A DNA stretch of 64,000 bases from Mobula hypostoma (Eukaryota): assembly GCF_963921235.1 (NCBI RefSeq), contig NC_086097.1:188730001-188794000 (forward strand). Direction: 5' to 3'. This document shows, one piece after another, positions 25,675-39,401 of the stretch. How positions within the stretch are numbered: position 1 is the stretch's first letter; every line of letters begins with the position of its first letter. The notes below the pieces were generated by a model, which saw nothing but the letters and a program-made list of their open reading frames with translations, had not been told where the DNA came from and searched no databases. Both the position numbers and the translations under genes were made by a program.

Positions 25675-27790
25675 AAATCTAAGGGACTGGATATACAAGC
25701 ATTTAGAATAGACTGGAATTGATTAGGGATAATCAATATGGCTTTGTGCATAGTAGGTCGTGTCAAACCAGTCTTACAGTGTTTTTCAAGGAACTTGCCA
25801 GGAAGATTGATGAAGGCAAGGCAGTGGCTGTTGCCTACAAAGACTTTAACAAGGCCTTTGACAAGGTCCTGCATGAGAGGTTGGGCAAGAAGGTTCAAAT
25901 GCTTGGCATTTATGTTGAGGTAATAAATATTGGCTACTCAGAAGAAGCCAGGGAATAGTTAAAGATGGTTGCCTCTCGGACTGGAGGCCTGTGACTAGTG
26001 GAGTGCCACAGGGTCTGCTGTCATTTGTCATCTATATCAACGATCTAGATGACAATGTGGTAAACTAGATCAGAAAATTTGCAGGTAACACCAAATTTGG
26101 GGGTGTAGTGGACAGCGAGGAAGACTATCAAAGCTTGCAGTGAGATCTAAACCAGCTGGAAATATGGGCTGAAAGATGGCAGACGAAATTGAATGCAGAC
26201 AAGTATGAGGTGTTGCACTTCGGCAAGGACCAACCAGGGTAGGTGTTACATAGTAAATGGTAGGGCACTGAGGAATGCCGAAGAATAAAGGGATCTGGAA
26301 TTACAGGTCGATAATTCCTTGAAAGTAGCGTCACAGGTAAAGAGGGCTGTAAAGAAAGCTTATGGCATAATGGTCTTCATAAAGCAAAATAATGAGTACA
26401 GGAGTTAGAATATTATATTGAAGTTCTATAAGATATTGCTGAGGCCTAATTTGGAGTATTATGTACAGTTTTGGTCGCCTACCAACAAGAAAGATGTAAT
26501 ATTGAAAAAGTGCAGAGAAAATTTACAAGTATGTCGCCAGGACTTGAGGATCTGAGTTATCGGGAAAGCTTGAAAGGTTAGGGCTTCATTCCCTAGAGTG
26601 AGGGGTGATTTGACGGAGGTATACAAAACTAGGAGTGATATAGATAGTGTTACGAGAATACACATAAAATTAAGATGTTTGCTGGCCTGGGCTAGCATCG
26701 GTGGCATCAGCAGTTGGTCTGCCACCTGCCCTCAGGGGAAGGAGAGATAAGGAACAATGGAGCAGCGTCTGGAGATGTGTAATGAAGGGATGTGGGAGGA
26801 AGAGCTGTCTGGAGCGGCTCCCCCCTTTGAACCCTGAACTGTTTGAAGTGATGGACAGGCGATACCCCAGCAGGGGGATAAAAAGGGACAGGTTCGCTAA
26901 GACAGACACACACGCCACCCGAGGTAACGAGACCCTGGAAGCGGTGCGCTTCTCACGAGTGGGTGAGAAGTGCCAGACAACGACAAGGGTGGAAAGGTAC
27001 GATCAGCGGGAACCCGGTGTGTGTCCGCCCTTGCCTGGGTGCCGGGTTCACTGCAGAGGATCGACCGCATCTGGAGGAGGGGTCACAGTCGGTGACCTCA
27101 GGTGACATCACCAAGGACCCGCCCAAAAGCTGCTTGTCAGCCATCCCGCTGGTCTGTGAGCCATCCCGCTGGTCTGTGAGTGAAGCAGTGTTCTGAATGA
27201 TCAGTTGTTCCTATTCTGTCTCTCTTCCCCCACCTTGTCCATCGCCATGGCAACGATTACTGCGAACTGAACTACAAACTGGACTGAACTTTGAGTCATT
27301 TTGAAATTGGTCATTTACCCCTAGACAACGATAGAGCTTGATTGATGCTGTTATCTTAATTCTGTGCACATGTGTGGTTATCATTGTTGAATTGTTGCAT
27401 TTATTATCCTTTCGATTACTGTGTTGCTTGTTTCTTTAATAAAACTTTCTTAGTTCTAGTACTCCAGACTCCAACTGAGTGATCCATTTCTGCTGGTTTG
27501 GCAACCCAGTTACGGGGTACGTAACATAAGGGTAAAAGCAAATAGGCTTTTTCCACTGAGGTTTGGTGGTAAGAACTTGAGATCATGGGTTAAGGGTGAA
27601 AAGCAAAATGTTTAAGGGGAACATGAGGGGAAGTTCTTCACAGAGGGTTGCAAGTGTAAAACGAGCTGCCAGTGGAAGTGGTGGTTGTGGATTTGATTTC
27701 AACATTTAAGAGAAATTTGGATAGGCATGCGGATGTGAGGGGTATGGAGGGCTATGGCCTGGTGCAGGTCGATGAGACTAGACAGATTAA
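25675..27790 (+). mobile_element. Decayed CR1 LINE RT fragment interrupted by a solo LTR
   Basis: [33 protein letters not shown]; sequence resumes after 27526. Confidence 0.85.
26648..27526 (+). mobile_element. Solo LTR (879 bp)
   Basis: TGTTACG...CGTAACA inverted termini, TATA-like GATAAAAAG at ~26877, AATAAA at ~27438, CpG-rich, cleanly interrupts CR1; TSD imperfect (atag/taag). Confidence 0.8.
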
Positions 27791-28319
27791 TATTTCCATG
27801 TCATATGGTCAAGAATCAAGATTCAAATGCATTTATTATCAAAGAATGTACACATTATACAACCTTGGGACCTGCTTGCTCACAGGTAACCACAAAGCAA
27901 GAAAGAACCCAATTAAAGAAAAAAACACCTGATGTGCAAGAGAAAGGGAAAAAAAAACACAAATCATGTAAACAATTGAAGCGAACAACAATATTCCAAA
28001 CCAATATTGACCTCCTCTGATCCGAATCCTGGAGCAGGCTGGAGTAGGCCCAAAGCCTCGCTTATCAGTTCATCATATTAGCAGGCATGGAGCACAGCAG
28101 CCAGGGCAGTCTTCACAGTCTTAGTGCCTCAGAGAGAGGAGTGCCAACCACTGAGAATGAACAAAATTGGCTCTCGTCCCAGATCCCAACACATTGTCTT
28201 TTCAGTCTATCTGGACTGGCGTTTAAGTTGACCAAACAGAGCAGTGAAAGGCTCTCATTACAATTGCTGAATGGACCTCTTATATGATAAAGATGAAAGA
28301 TAGGTCCAACAATCTACCT

Positions 28320-29050
28320 CATCACAAACTTTGCATATGCACTTCCTCTGTAAGACAAAGGAGACGGTGATGCACTTTAGGAAGACTAAGCCTACACTGC
28401 TCCCTGTTACTATTAATAGTGAGGATGTGGATATGATGAGGACCTAAAAGCACCTGGATGAGAGGACTTGAGTGGAGTACTAACACAGAGGCTCTACTAA
28501 TTGGGGAGACTGAGATCCTTTGGAGTAGGCAGACTTCTCCTTCACACGTTCTAACAGTCTGTTGTCGCCAGTACAATCTTCTATGCAACGGTGTGCTGGG
28601 ACTATGGCATCAACATGGGTAATGCCAACAGGCTCAATAAACTGATTAGGAAGGTTCTGTTACAGGATTCAAACTGGATACACTGGAGACTGTGACAGAA
28701 CGAAGAACCCTATGGAAAATCCTGCCAATTCTGGACATTATTTCTTACCCTGTGCATGCCACCTTGGCTGAACAGAGGAACACTTTTAGTAATAGTAGTA
28801 GTAGTAGTAGTAGTAGTAACTGTGCTGCTCCAAAAAGCGTTTTATGAGGTCATTCTTACCCTCGGCCTAATGGCTCTATAATGAGTCAGCCTATAACCAG
28901 GGAAGTGATGACCCCCTCCTGTTAGACAGATTGAGGCAACTTATGTTTAAAAATTCTTTCTTACTTCTCTTCTAATAGTTGTATATCTGTGCACTTGTAA
29001 TGTTACAGTGACACCGTAACTTTCTTTGGGATCAATAAAGTATCTGTCTG
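28320..29050 (+). mobile_element. Decayed Rex1/L2-like LINE 3' fragment
   Basis: ANRLNKLIRK-like and HPVHATLAEQR-like remnants; tail gggatcaataaagtatctgtct. Confidence 0.6.
28793..28818. repeat. (TAG)n microsatellite
   Basis: About 8 consecutive tag units. Confidence 0.95.
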
Positions 29051-29200
29051 TAACTGTAATTCTATATTCTGCATTCTGTTGTTGCTTTTCCTTTATTAAA
29101 CAAAACTACCCGAATCTACTTATGTTTTGAAATTATTTACATGGATGGCATGCAAATCAAAGAGTTTTAACTATCATTTTACATGTGACAATAATAAACC

Positions 29201-29321
29201 TGAAGAAGGGCCCGAAATGTTGACTGTTTACTCTTCCAAAGATACTGCCTATCATGCTGAGTTCCTCCAGCATTCTGTGTGCTGCTTTGGATTTCCAATA
29301 TCTGCAGATTTTCTCGTGTTT
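29201..29321 (+). mobile_element. 121-bp Penelope terminus insertion starting at the hammerhead core
   Basis: TSD ataataaacc at 29191-29200 and 29322-29331; begins (c)tgaagaagggcccgaaatgttgactg. Confidence 0.75.
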
Positions 29322-29369
29322 ATAATAAACCAGTGATACTTTTAACATGTGGGGAAAAAAACAAGCACC

Positions 29370-30735
29370 CAAAATGCTGGAGAAACTCAGCAGATCAGGC
29401 AGCGTCTATGGAAAAAAGCACAGTTGACATTTCAGGCCAAAACCCTTCAGCAGGACTGGAGAATAAAAGCCGAGGAGTAGGTTTGAAAGGTGGGGCAGGG
29501 GGGTGGAGGTGGAGGGATGAAGCAAAGAACTAGGAAATTGATTGGTGAAAGAGACAAGTCATGGTAGAAAGAAAAAAGGGCAGGGGGATCGCTTCATCAA
29601 GCATCTACGCTCTTTCCTCCAAAACAGGTGGGATTCCCCAGTGGCACCCATTTTAATTTCACTTCCCATTACCATTCCAATATGTCCATCCATGGCCTCC
29701 TCCACTGTCATGATAAGGCCACACTTAGGTTGGAGGGGCAACACCTTTTTTTCATTTGGGTTGCCTCCAACCTGATGGCATAAATATAGATTTCTCAAAC
29801 TTGTATTAATGCCTCCCACCCCCTTTCACCTTTTCCCATCCCCTTTTCCCACTCTCATGTTATTCCCTTGCCCGCCCATTGCCTCCCCCCCACCCCCCAT
29901 ACTCCTCCAGCTTCCCCTTTTCCTTTCTCGGATTTCCAGCGTCTTTTCTCTTGCTTGTGATTTGCTCACCCAAAAGAACACCTCTTTTCCTAACCACTCC
30001 TCCCAACTTTTTGCTTTCCACAGGGTTTGCTCTCTACATGACTCCTTGTCCATTCATTCCTCCACACTGATCTCCCACCTGGCACCTTATCCCTGCAAGC
30101 CAGCCAAGTGCTACACCTGCCCGTACACCTCCTTCATCACCATTCGAGGTTCAAAACAGTTCTTCCAGGTGCAGCAACATTTCACCTACTGGCCTGTCTG
30201 GTCTGTCAAGGTCATCTGGGATATCTGGTGCTCCCAGTGCAAACATATATTAGGGGACCGCTTCATCAAGCACCTTAGTTCCCTCCATCACAGAAGGCAG
30301 AGTTTTCAGGTAGCCACCCATTTTAATTCTACTTCCCATTCCAACATGTCAGTCAATGGGCTCCTCTACAATAACACCTCATATTTCACCTGGGTAGTGT
30401 CCAATTTGATGGCATAACCGTTCCATGATGGCATAAATGATCTACTCTCCTCTCCTATCAGATTCCTCCTTCTTCTTCAGCCTCTTACCTCCTCAACCAT
30501 TCATCTCCCAGCTTCTCACTTCATTCCCCTGCCTTACCTACCCCCTTAATTGATTTCACTTCTCACCTGCCAGCTTGTACTTCTTGTATTCTCCCCCTGC
30601 GCCCCAACCTTCCTTTTGTGGCATCGTCCCCTTCTTTTCCAGTCCTGAAGGATCGTGACCTGAAACGTTGACTGCTACTCCCCTCTATAGATGCTGCCTG
30701 ACCTGCTGAGTTCCTCTAGCATTTTGTGTGTGTCA
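29370..30735 (+). mobile_element. Rearranged Penelope element with inverted termini and two GIY-YIG fragments
   Basis: GDRFIKHL occurs twice (~29585, ~30255); YPCKPAKCYTCPY; terminal arms are inverted relative to each other; sits inside a minus-strand SINE remnant. Confidence 0.8.
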
Positions 30736-32894
30736 CCCGAAAGAAAATCATATGGTCACAGGGAGAAAATGCAAATTCTACAGAAAGAGCACTGGAGGTC
30801 ACAGTTGCTAGATGTGTGAGGCAGCAGTTCTGCTAGCTATGCCACTGTGTCAACAAAAGTGAGTAAAGACTGTTTAAAATATGATGCATATGGCATCATA
30901 ACTACATGAAAACAGATAGAGACTGTACAAAGCATTGCTGTGATTATTAACAGTGCCAAGTAAATGATGCTCTTTGAAGGTCTGAATATAAATCTGCCTA
31001 TTTATGTAACTGGGCATGAAATATTTCATGATAATATTTAAAGGGCAAGCAGTTCTCCGTTTCATATACAAAATGCATTCTTCAGCAAAGACTCTCAACT
31101 TCCTTATAACTTGTGGACTTCTACTATCAATTTTCTGGAGCTTCCACAAAAGTTCTTTCAGGGTTAAGGAATATATGGGCAAACCTCTATGTACATTCAG
31201 TTCTTAAAAAGGTAGGATTTATGGAATAAATTTATGGAATAATCAAAGTATCATATATTATCCTTGAGAAGAAATTAAAGGAGCACAGCAGGGCAGTCAA
31301 CTCAGCCATAGTGGTCAATGTGAGAATATATAATTAATTATATAATTAAGATCTTTCATCTCTTGCTCTTATATTTTCATATATTCTAATGACACTGTAA
31401 GAGATAACCATTCAGCCTATAGAGCTCTCAGAGCAATACCAACTGTTCCACTTATTCTTCTGTAAACTATTCTCTCTGACATGTACATCAACTCCCCCAG
31501 ACTTTCTGGTACCATGTATATTAGGAACAAATTAAAGAAGCTAATTAACCTCCAAACTGGCAACTTCCAAATTAGTTCCTTGACTTTTCAGGATATTCTT
31601 GAGGCATCAGAACAGACAGTCTACAAAAGACAATTTTAATTTATCAACAAAAGAAAACTTCACTGACAGCACAATAGTCAGCACCAAACACTAATTACTT
31701 AGTCATCATTACCTTGCTATTTATGTGCCTACTGTATGTAAATTTGTTACCATATTAGTCGTGTTGCAGTCAAGGCTACATCTTAACAGTACAAGCAACA
31801 CCTATTTTTGGTCATAATGGAACATTTATATTATGAGAAATGCAAATTTGCCGTTACAGAATTCACAAATCACGACCCAAAAATTAAGATAGAGAATAAG
31901 ATTCAATTTTGTAGAATTTATATCAAGAAAGTAAACATATAAGACATATAAGCAAGCTTTTTTTCAAACTCACATTCTTTCACTTAGGCACTGATGGTGT
32001 TACTTTGCATTACAGAAAACCACAATATAATCCATTTGCTAGGAACACAACACAAGCCTAACCTATCTACCACCCGTAAAGCAGAGGTTGTTTGTTCTTG
32101 AAAAACAAAATGTATTGTAGACCATAGAATTTGAAACAAAAACAGTGCTGAAGACAACTGTCATCTTACAGCTTCCTTCATCTCTTTAGAAAATGGTAAC
32201 CCCTGCACTATTTCTTCTGGTTCTCATAAAGTCCATTATTAAGGATCCCCACCACCCAGGACATGCCCTCTTCTCATTACTGTACTTCTGTCAAAGAACA
32301 GGTACAAAAGCCTGAAAATGCACACTCAACATTTTAGAGACACCTTCTTCCTCCTCCCCGCCCCCACAAGTTTTAAATTTCTGAATTGACAATTAACCTG
32401 TGAATATACTACTTCACAATTTATGCTCACTCACACACACACACACACACAAAGAGAGCGAGCTAGGGTGCCAAAAACTTTTGCATAGTACTGTAGTAAT
32501 TTTATGTATTCACTATACTGTTGCCACAAAAAAATTCATGACATCTATGAATGATGCGAACCCTGATGCTGATATGGGTCTCTGTTGTGGACTGAGAGTG
32601 GGAAGGCGACAGGGAGAGGTGAATCATGGTTGGGAAAAGGAGAAGTGAGAGAGGAGAGAGCAGGAAGCACCAGAGAGCCATCTGCAATGACCAATAAACC
32701 AAACGTTTGGAATAAAATGACCTTGTCTCAGGACTCGGTGTGTCTGCATCTATGACAATCTCCACCCGCCCCGGCACTCCTGTCATTTGTCCCACAACCA
32801 TCCTGCAGTTCAGTACCCTCACCATTCCCAAAATCCTAACATCCTTTGCTCCCACCAGCTTTACAAACTCACTCTCTGCTCCGTGTTGACTATA

Positions 32895-32959
32895 GAGTGC
32901 TGTGCAAAAGTCTGAGGCAGCCTAGCTGTATATATTTGCCCAATACTTTTGCACAGTAG
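32895..32959. mobile_element. Tiny Tc1-type MITE
   Basis: tgctgtgcaaaagt ... acttttgcacagta inverted ends resembling the Tc1 TIR at 37660-37682; a similar TIR lies at ~32465-32495. Confidence 0.6.
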
Positions 32960-33239
32960 TATATTATATATAATACACATACATATGTGTCTCTCATTAT
33001 AATATATAACATATTTTTGTTTTGCACTGCACTGCTGCAGCAAAGCAAGCTTTATGACATACATAATAAACTTGATTCTTATTCAGATTCGGAAAGGGTC
33101 CCTGATTCTAAGCATTAAGTTGTTTCTTTCTTATCAAAGGTTCCCCAACAGTTCTTCACTATTCTGAAGTGTTTGACATGTAGTGGTTGAGAAAGGTGCT
33201 ATAAGGATGTAAAGATATCTAGTTTGTTTGGTTATTTAT

Positions 33240-33515
33240 TTATTTATTGAGATAGAGCATGGAATAGGCCTTCCCAGCTCTTTGAGCTATGCTGCCCAGC
33301 AACCTCCGATTTCACCACAGCCTGATCATGTGTCAATTTTTAATGTACAATTAACCTACAAACCAGAGCATCTTTGGATTGTGGGAGGAAAGCAGAACAC
33401 CTAGAGGAAACCCACGTGCTCAAGGACAGAATGTATAAACTCCTTAAAGACAGCAGTGGGAAATGAACCTAGGTCTCTGGTACTGTAAAGCGCTGTGCTA
33501 TCTACTACGCTATCA
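33240..33515 (-). mobile_element. tRNA-derived V-SINE
   Basis: Minus strand: A-box-like tagcgtagtagatagc, B-box-like ggttcatttccc, V-domain gtgggtttcctctaggtgttctgctttcctcccaca, A-rich tail. Confidence 0.7.
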
Positions 33516-34299
33516 TACCTCCCCTTGTTGAAATAAAGCATCTGTACTTAAGCGGGTGCACATGCTTCCCAGCTTATGAATGCTCAAATTCTATACAGCC
33601 TGCACATACGAGTCAGTGCTTGGGAAATCAGTGGATGGTTTTGATGGCTGCTGCTGGGCTGTTCTAGCTTTTTGCTTGAATGTCGTCAGATCAAATCCAT
33701 AAAGAACCCTTGTTTGCACATTGCTTCTCTAGACTATTATTCCTCTGGGACAACTCATCTCCAAAAGCATCTTCTGCCACATGAGAACTCATTTTACTTT
33801 TCAAACTCATAAACTGTTCAGGCTAAGAACAGTCCTCAGGAACAGAAACGTGCCATGATCTGGGGACAACCTCCAGTGAAAGAAACATATGCAAGCACTC
33901 TGCTCTGACTGCATGGAACTATTCCATGCTTCCAATTAGCCTATTTTGTGGCCTTATACCTCACATCCTGAAGCATTGTTGCTGTAGCTATTCCAAAAGA
34001 CAAACTGGAAACTACTGAAATCACTTGGGAAATGATAGCTCTGCCCCAAGGACCATTCTGATGGATTACTGAAAGACTGTGATGTCTTAAGGACCCATCC
34101 ATTGTTTCAAAGTATCTCTATTCAGCAGAAACATATATTTTAAAAAATATCATTTAAAACCATGATCAACTTTTAAATACTAAAACATCAATATGAATTT
34201 TAAAAACTCAATTTTTGTTTTATATTAGCAACCTACTCTATTCAAATCAATTACATGTATAATGCAGGAATACAGTAGTCATGGCCTACAGACATTGTA

Positions 34300-34975
34300 C
34301 AGGTTGAGTACCCCTTATCCAAAATGCTTGGGGCCAGAAGTGTTTCAGGTTTCGGATTTTGGAATATATAATGAGACAGTTTGGGATTATCGTCATTTAT
34401 GACTGAATTTATGCACTACCAGTAAGCAGGCTTTGTCTTACACATGTTCATCACATATACTGTATGTACTGATGCAATCATTCAGCGTGTCAGCTTTTCA
34501 TCAGCGATAATCTTGGCAAACTCTTCAATGAATTTCTCTGCTGCTTCGTGATCAGCAGAGACTATCAAAATCTTTAAAAATTTAATGCCATGGCTCTTCT
34601 TAAAATTTCGGCAACCAGCTTGCTGAATATCCACAATTACCTTCAATTTTCAATCTATTTTGATAGATCTATATTTGTTTCATGATCAGCATACCATTAA
34701 GCAGCATATGTTCACTCCGATGTTGATGAAATCACTCTTTCAATACACTAGAGGTCTTCCCTTTTCCATATTATGCAGTATTTTTCTATGCTTCATTTAT
34801 TTCTATTCATCACATATGCGAGGTCACTTCTCAGAACTGTCTGTAATGCGCAGAGACCTAAACGTCACTTGGGAACCTTCACTGCACCTTGTGGAATTTT
34901 CCATTTGTGTCGTCATATCAGTGCTTAAAAACAATTTGGATTTCAGAGGTTTACGGATACAGGGTGCTCACCTTG
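34300..34975 (-). mobile_element. Internally deleted Tigger/pogo element
   Basis: TA-CAGGTTGAGTACCCCTTATCC ... GGATACAGGGTGCTCACCTTG-TA; minus-strand remnant SADHEAAEKFIEEFAKIIADEKLT. Confidence 0.85.
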
Positions 34976-35373
34976 TACTATACCACACATTACCTCAGGA
35001 ATGTGTCTTGCAGTACTCACCATAACATCTTAGAAATTATAACATTAAGCATATACTGGTTAACTAAATATAGGAAAATGACTAGGAAACCAAACAGATT
35101 CAACACAGAGCTAAAAATATAAAAATTTCTGAATGAACGCACTTTTTCCATTGTAAAATTGTGTGTCAACAAAATAAAATTAATCTTAGTATAATTAGAT
35201 GCTCCTTTTTCCAAAGTCTAGAGCAATGAAATCTGCATTCTCTGGAGTCTGGAGAAGCGAAATACTCCATTTATCACATTTGTTGATTACATTTTAACTC
35301 TGTCACTTATATCCTGTTTATACTATCAACTGCAAATCAAAACAGTTCCATTTCCAAGCGTACATTGGCTTAC

Positions 35374-35491
35374 AATTGACAGTATCAACTCTCGTCTTGT
35401 CTCTAGAACTGATTCTCAGGGACCAGGAACTGTTGGTGATTCCAGTATTTGTTTTCAGTACTTCAAGATAAAAATCATCCACTCCAAAGCA
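35374..35491 (-). other. Candidate internal exon (118 nt) of the minus-strand host gene
   Basis: tatttccttgtgtatatgtttag|TGCTTTGGAG...GTCAATT|gtaagc; unique sequence; one open frame CFGVDDFYLEVLKTNTGITNSSWSLRISSRDKTRVDTVN. Confidence 0.6.
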
Positions 35492-36199
35492 CTAAACATA
35501 TACACAAGGAAATACAAATCACTATGCAAAATAGAGGTTTCACTGCAACATGCAGTGTTTGCATTACCAAAATTTATAATGATATCAATTTTACAATGCT
35601 CATTAAGTTTGTTGTATCCAAATTAAACCAGATTGTTGAACTTATTGACTTATTGGGTACAACAACTATAGTTTTTCTTATTTACAGAATGCTTGTTAAC
35701 TTCATTATTTTTAAAATGAATCTTCGACACCATTCCTTCCAATATCAAAGCCTTATCTAAAGACTGAGAAAATACTAACAGTAAAAAAATTAAAAATGTT
35801 AAAGATCAATTGGAAAGCACTGTAAATGAGCCACACTATGATGCCCATTTACAACAGGAGACCAATTCCTAATGATGAGTTTTTTTCTAAAAAGTGCTCC
35901 AGAATTTTTTTTGCATTACTGCCAATTCCTTAAAAGTGAGTAGTCCCAAACACTGCACTAAATATCATTTTGAAACTTCAAAACATAAAACTAATTTAAA
36001 GAAAAGACAGTGCCAGGAATAACATATCTACTCTTAGTTTGGTTTTTACTTAGCAAAACGTGCATAGTGGCGTGATGACATATGCCACTCATGTGCTTTT
36101 ACACATAACCTATATTACTCAAATATTACTGAAATATTAAATACACTACACTTCTCCCTCCTTAGCTATAAACTCCAACTCAATATAGAATGCATCTCA

Positions 36200-37682
36200 A
36201 TTCCGATATGTCTTCTGCATTCATGTGTCAGTAGAAAGAAGCAAATTTTTGATTTCCAATCATTCATTTTCCAAAAAATTAAGTGTTGGAGAACTTTTTT
36301 TTGTATTTAAAGAAAGTAACATATTAAGTAATAGACCACTTTTCAAATAGAAACTTGATTACTTTGCAGGTATATAGCCAAATGTATGATTAAACAATGA
36401 TAACAAACAGATACTAAAGATTGATGACATAATGAGCTGAATGAACTAAACTGATTAACTGAAACAGAAATGGGTGTAGAAGAAATCAAACTGGGTGAAA
36501 GACAATCAAACTAAAGGGTGAGTACTTGGCAGATGTGACAGTTTAAACTTCAAATCATCAATTTTACACCGTAGCAAGAGTGAGCACAGGAATAAGACAC
36601 AAGGTGATCATCCTGCATCAGCAAGATCTCTCCCAAGCTGAAATTTCGCAGCAGACAGGAGTTACAAGATGTGCTGTCCAAGCTCTTCTGAAGAAACACA
36701 AAGAAATAGACAAAGTTGAGGACCATAAACGTAGTCGCCAGCCACAGAAACTGCCTGCAACAGATGACAGATAAATCGCTTCTAAATCAGAAGTCAGCTC
36801 TGAACTCACAGAAACCACTGGAACCCAAGTATACCCCTCTACTGTCCACAGAGCTCTTGTAAGAAGTTGTCTTCATAGATGAATTGCTGCCAAAAAGCCA
36901 TTCCTCCAAAGAGAAAACAGAGCCAAGAGACTCCACTATGCACAAAAACACAAAGACTGGGATGCAAAATAATGGCAGCAAGTTCTCTGGACTGTTGGGT
37001 TAAGATATGAGATTTTTTGCTCAAACAGGAGGCGGTTTGTCCATAGAAGTGCTGGAGAACATTACATGAATGAGTATCTGCAGCCAACAGTGAAACACAG
37101 CGGAGGTTTGGGGATGCATTACTACAAATGGAGTTGGTGATCTGGTCAGAATTAATGGAATCCTCAATGCTGAAAAGTACAAGCAAATTCACATTCATCA
37201 AGCAATACCATCAGAGAGGCGACTGATTGGCCCCAACTTCATTCTGAAGCAGGACAATAACCTCAAATACATGGCCAAGGTGAAAAAGAATTACCTGAAG
37301 CAAAAACAAGAACAAGAACAAAGCCATACCAACAGATGGTATAGTCTCCACAAAGCCCTGATCTCAACATCATCGAGGCTGCCTGGAATTACCTGGAAAG
37401 ATAGAAAAAGCAAAACAGCCAAAGACTGGAGAAGAACTATGCCAGTTCTCCAGGATACTTGGAACAACTACCAACCTTTTTTTTAAAACTGTACCAAAGA
37501 AAATTGATGCAGTTTTAAAGGCAAAGGACAGTCATAACAAATATTGATTTGATTTAGTTTTTTTTGTTTAATCCTCTTTATAGTTAATTTTTTGAAATTT
37601 AGGATCATTTCATTATTTTTGAAGCATCTTTGTTTTACAGAATTTTTTTTTTACATGTTCCTAAGACCTTTCCACAATACTG
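36200..37682 (+). mobile_element. Decayed Tc1 transposon; left TIR not found
   Basis: HKVIILHQQDLSQAEISQQTGVTRCAVQALLKK, WQQVLWT, ILKQDNNLKY, QSPDLNIIE; right TIR taagacctttccacaatactg. Confidence 0.88.
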
Positions 37683-38840
37683 ACAGACCAGAATACCTTT
37701 CTTTTGGACATGCTGGCATCCTGAACAGTACATGGCAAGCTACTTGATCTGCTAATCTATCGCAGACTACCAAACAAAGCTTCGAGCCAATGTTTTCATT
37801 TTAACCATGCCTAGATGTCCAGCGTGTAGCTCCTCAATACTTTAGCTCTCTGCCTGGCTGGCAGAACAACTCTCAATCCCCTCATATGGCAACCACTGTC
37901 AGAAAGGGCAAGTTCATCCTGGCACGAGTAAAAATGGGGAAACTGGAGTTTCTATTGCACATTCCAGCCATTTTGTGCAGCCATGTAGAGCGGAAACTGT
38001 GTGGGGTATTTTCTGGTATCACCTTTGACTTTCGATTTACATTAGGAAGAATAGGTCAAGAGGAATATCCACTTCTGTACATTTTTCAGGTACTTCCTTT
38101 ACCCAGGATAAACTGGACAATCCATTAGTATTTCCACGATTAGTTGTCCTTTTCAGTTCAATCTTGTAGTTGTGTCCTCCAAGAAACATAGCCCAAATCG
38201 GCATTCATACTGCGGCTATTAATGAAACATCCTTCTGGAAATAGAAAATGGACACTAGTAGTTGATGATCACTAATGAAGGTAAACACTCTCCCATACAA
38301 GTATTGTGTGAAAAGTTTTAGACCCTAAATGACACTCAAGGCCTCTCTGTCCATAATTTTCTCTGCAATGGTTAAGAGTCTACAGCGGTAAGGGAACATG
38401 ATGCAAAAGCTATGGGGCGTTCCCTTCCATCACATGTGACATGACTGCATCTATCCCATTAAGTGAGGCATCACATGCAAGCTTCACTGAATGATGCAGG
38501 TCATGTCAGTACAATATCTGACATCACCATTACCTTTACCTTTTAGAAAGCCACCTCACATTGCTTTGTGCATTGCCATTTCTTCCCAATCTCTAGTAAT
38601 GAGTTCAAGGAGAGGAGCACAGTCGTCAGGTTTGGCAGGAACCTGTGATAGCAATTGACAAATGCAAAAAAGGACTGCATTTGTGACACATCTTTTCGCC
38701 TGGGGTATCCACCATGGCTTGAATTTTCTCAGCACAGATATGTAATCTTGTGTCAACAGTGTGACCACAATAAGTGATGCTTCATTTGAAGAATTCACAC
38801 TCTGTATCACACTCTGAGCCCATAATCCTCTAATGTTTTA

Positions 38841-39159
38841 CGAGGGGTGATTGACAAGTTCGTGGTCTAAGGTAGAAGGAGATGAGTTACATGGCTTTTG
38901 TTACATGCACATGCAGTTCAACTCTTTGAGTGATAATGCAGTAAGTTTGAAGTTGATATCTCATCAGGGGTGATTGATAAGTTCGTGGCCTAGGCGATGA
39001 GTTATTAACTTCAAATCTTATGCATAATCACTCAAAGCTTTATGACCACTGGACTAAGTCTATAAATGTAAGAGAGGACTATGTTAAAAAATAAATGTGC
39101 TAGGGTTTCTAAAATTGACTCCTTCTACCTTAGGCCACGAACTTATTAATCACCCCTCG
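38841..39159. mobile_element. Mariner-type MITE
   Basis: TA flanks; ~40-bp TIRs CGAGGGGTGATTGAyAAGTTCGTGGyCTAAGGTAGAAGGAG; interrupts the Gypsy RT. Confidence 0.88.
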
Positions 39160-39401
39160 TAACAGTGCCTTGAGATTTTGGAGAGGCTCCTTGTTACCCT
39201 AACCAGTAACAATGATGCCATCCACGTAACACTGAGTGTTTTCAGCACCCAGTTCATAACTTTTTGTTAGAGTACAGGTGCAGATGCTACTCCAAAAATA
39301 AGCCTATAAAGTGCAACAAAGCCTTTTAAGAAAGTTTATGATGAGAAACACTTTGAACTCTTCTCCCATCTCCATCTGTAGGTAGGCCTCAGCTACGTCC
39401 A

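Noticed and set aside
26670..27196. Overlapping ORFs in a GC-rich block
   Set aside because: They lie within the solo LTR and show no protein motifs
29421..29458. Additional functional hammerheads here and at ~4421, 29200, 30640 and 48181
   Set aside because: Core substitutions or deletions (CUGCUGA, AUGAUGA/GAAGC, missing stem I, CUGAAGG, CUGCCAA)
33540..34100. Possible old Tx1/L1 remnant (also ~48780-50050)
   Set aside because: Too decayed to support a call by eye
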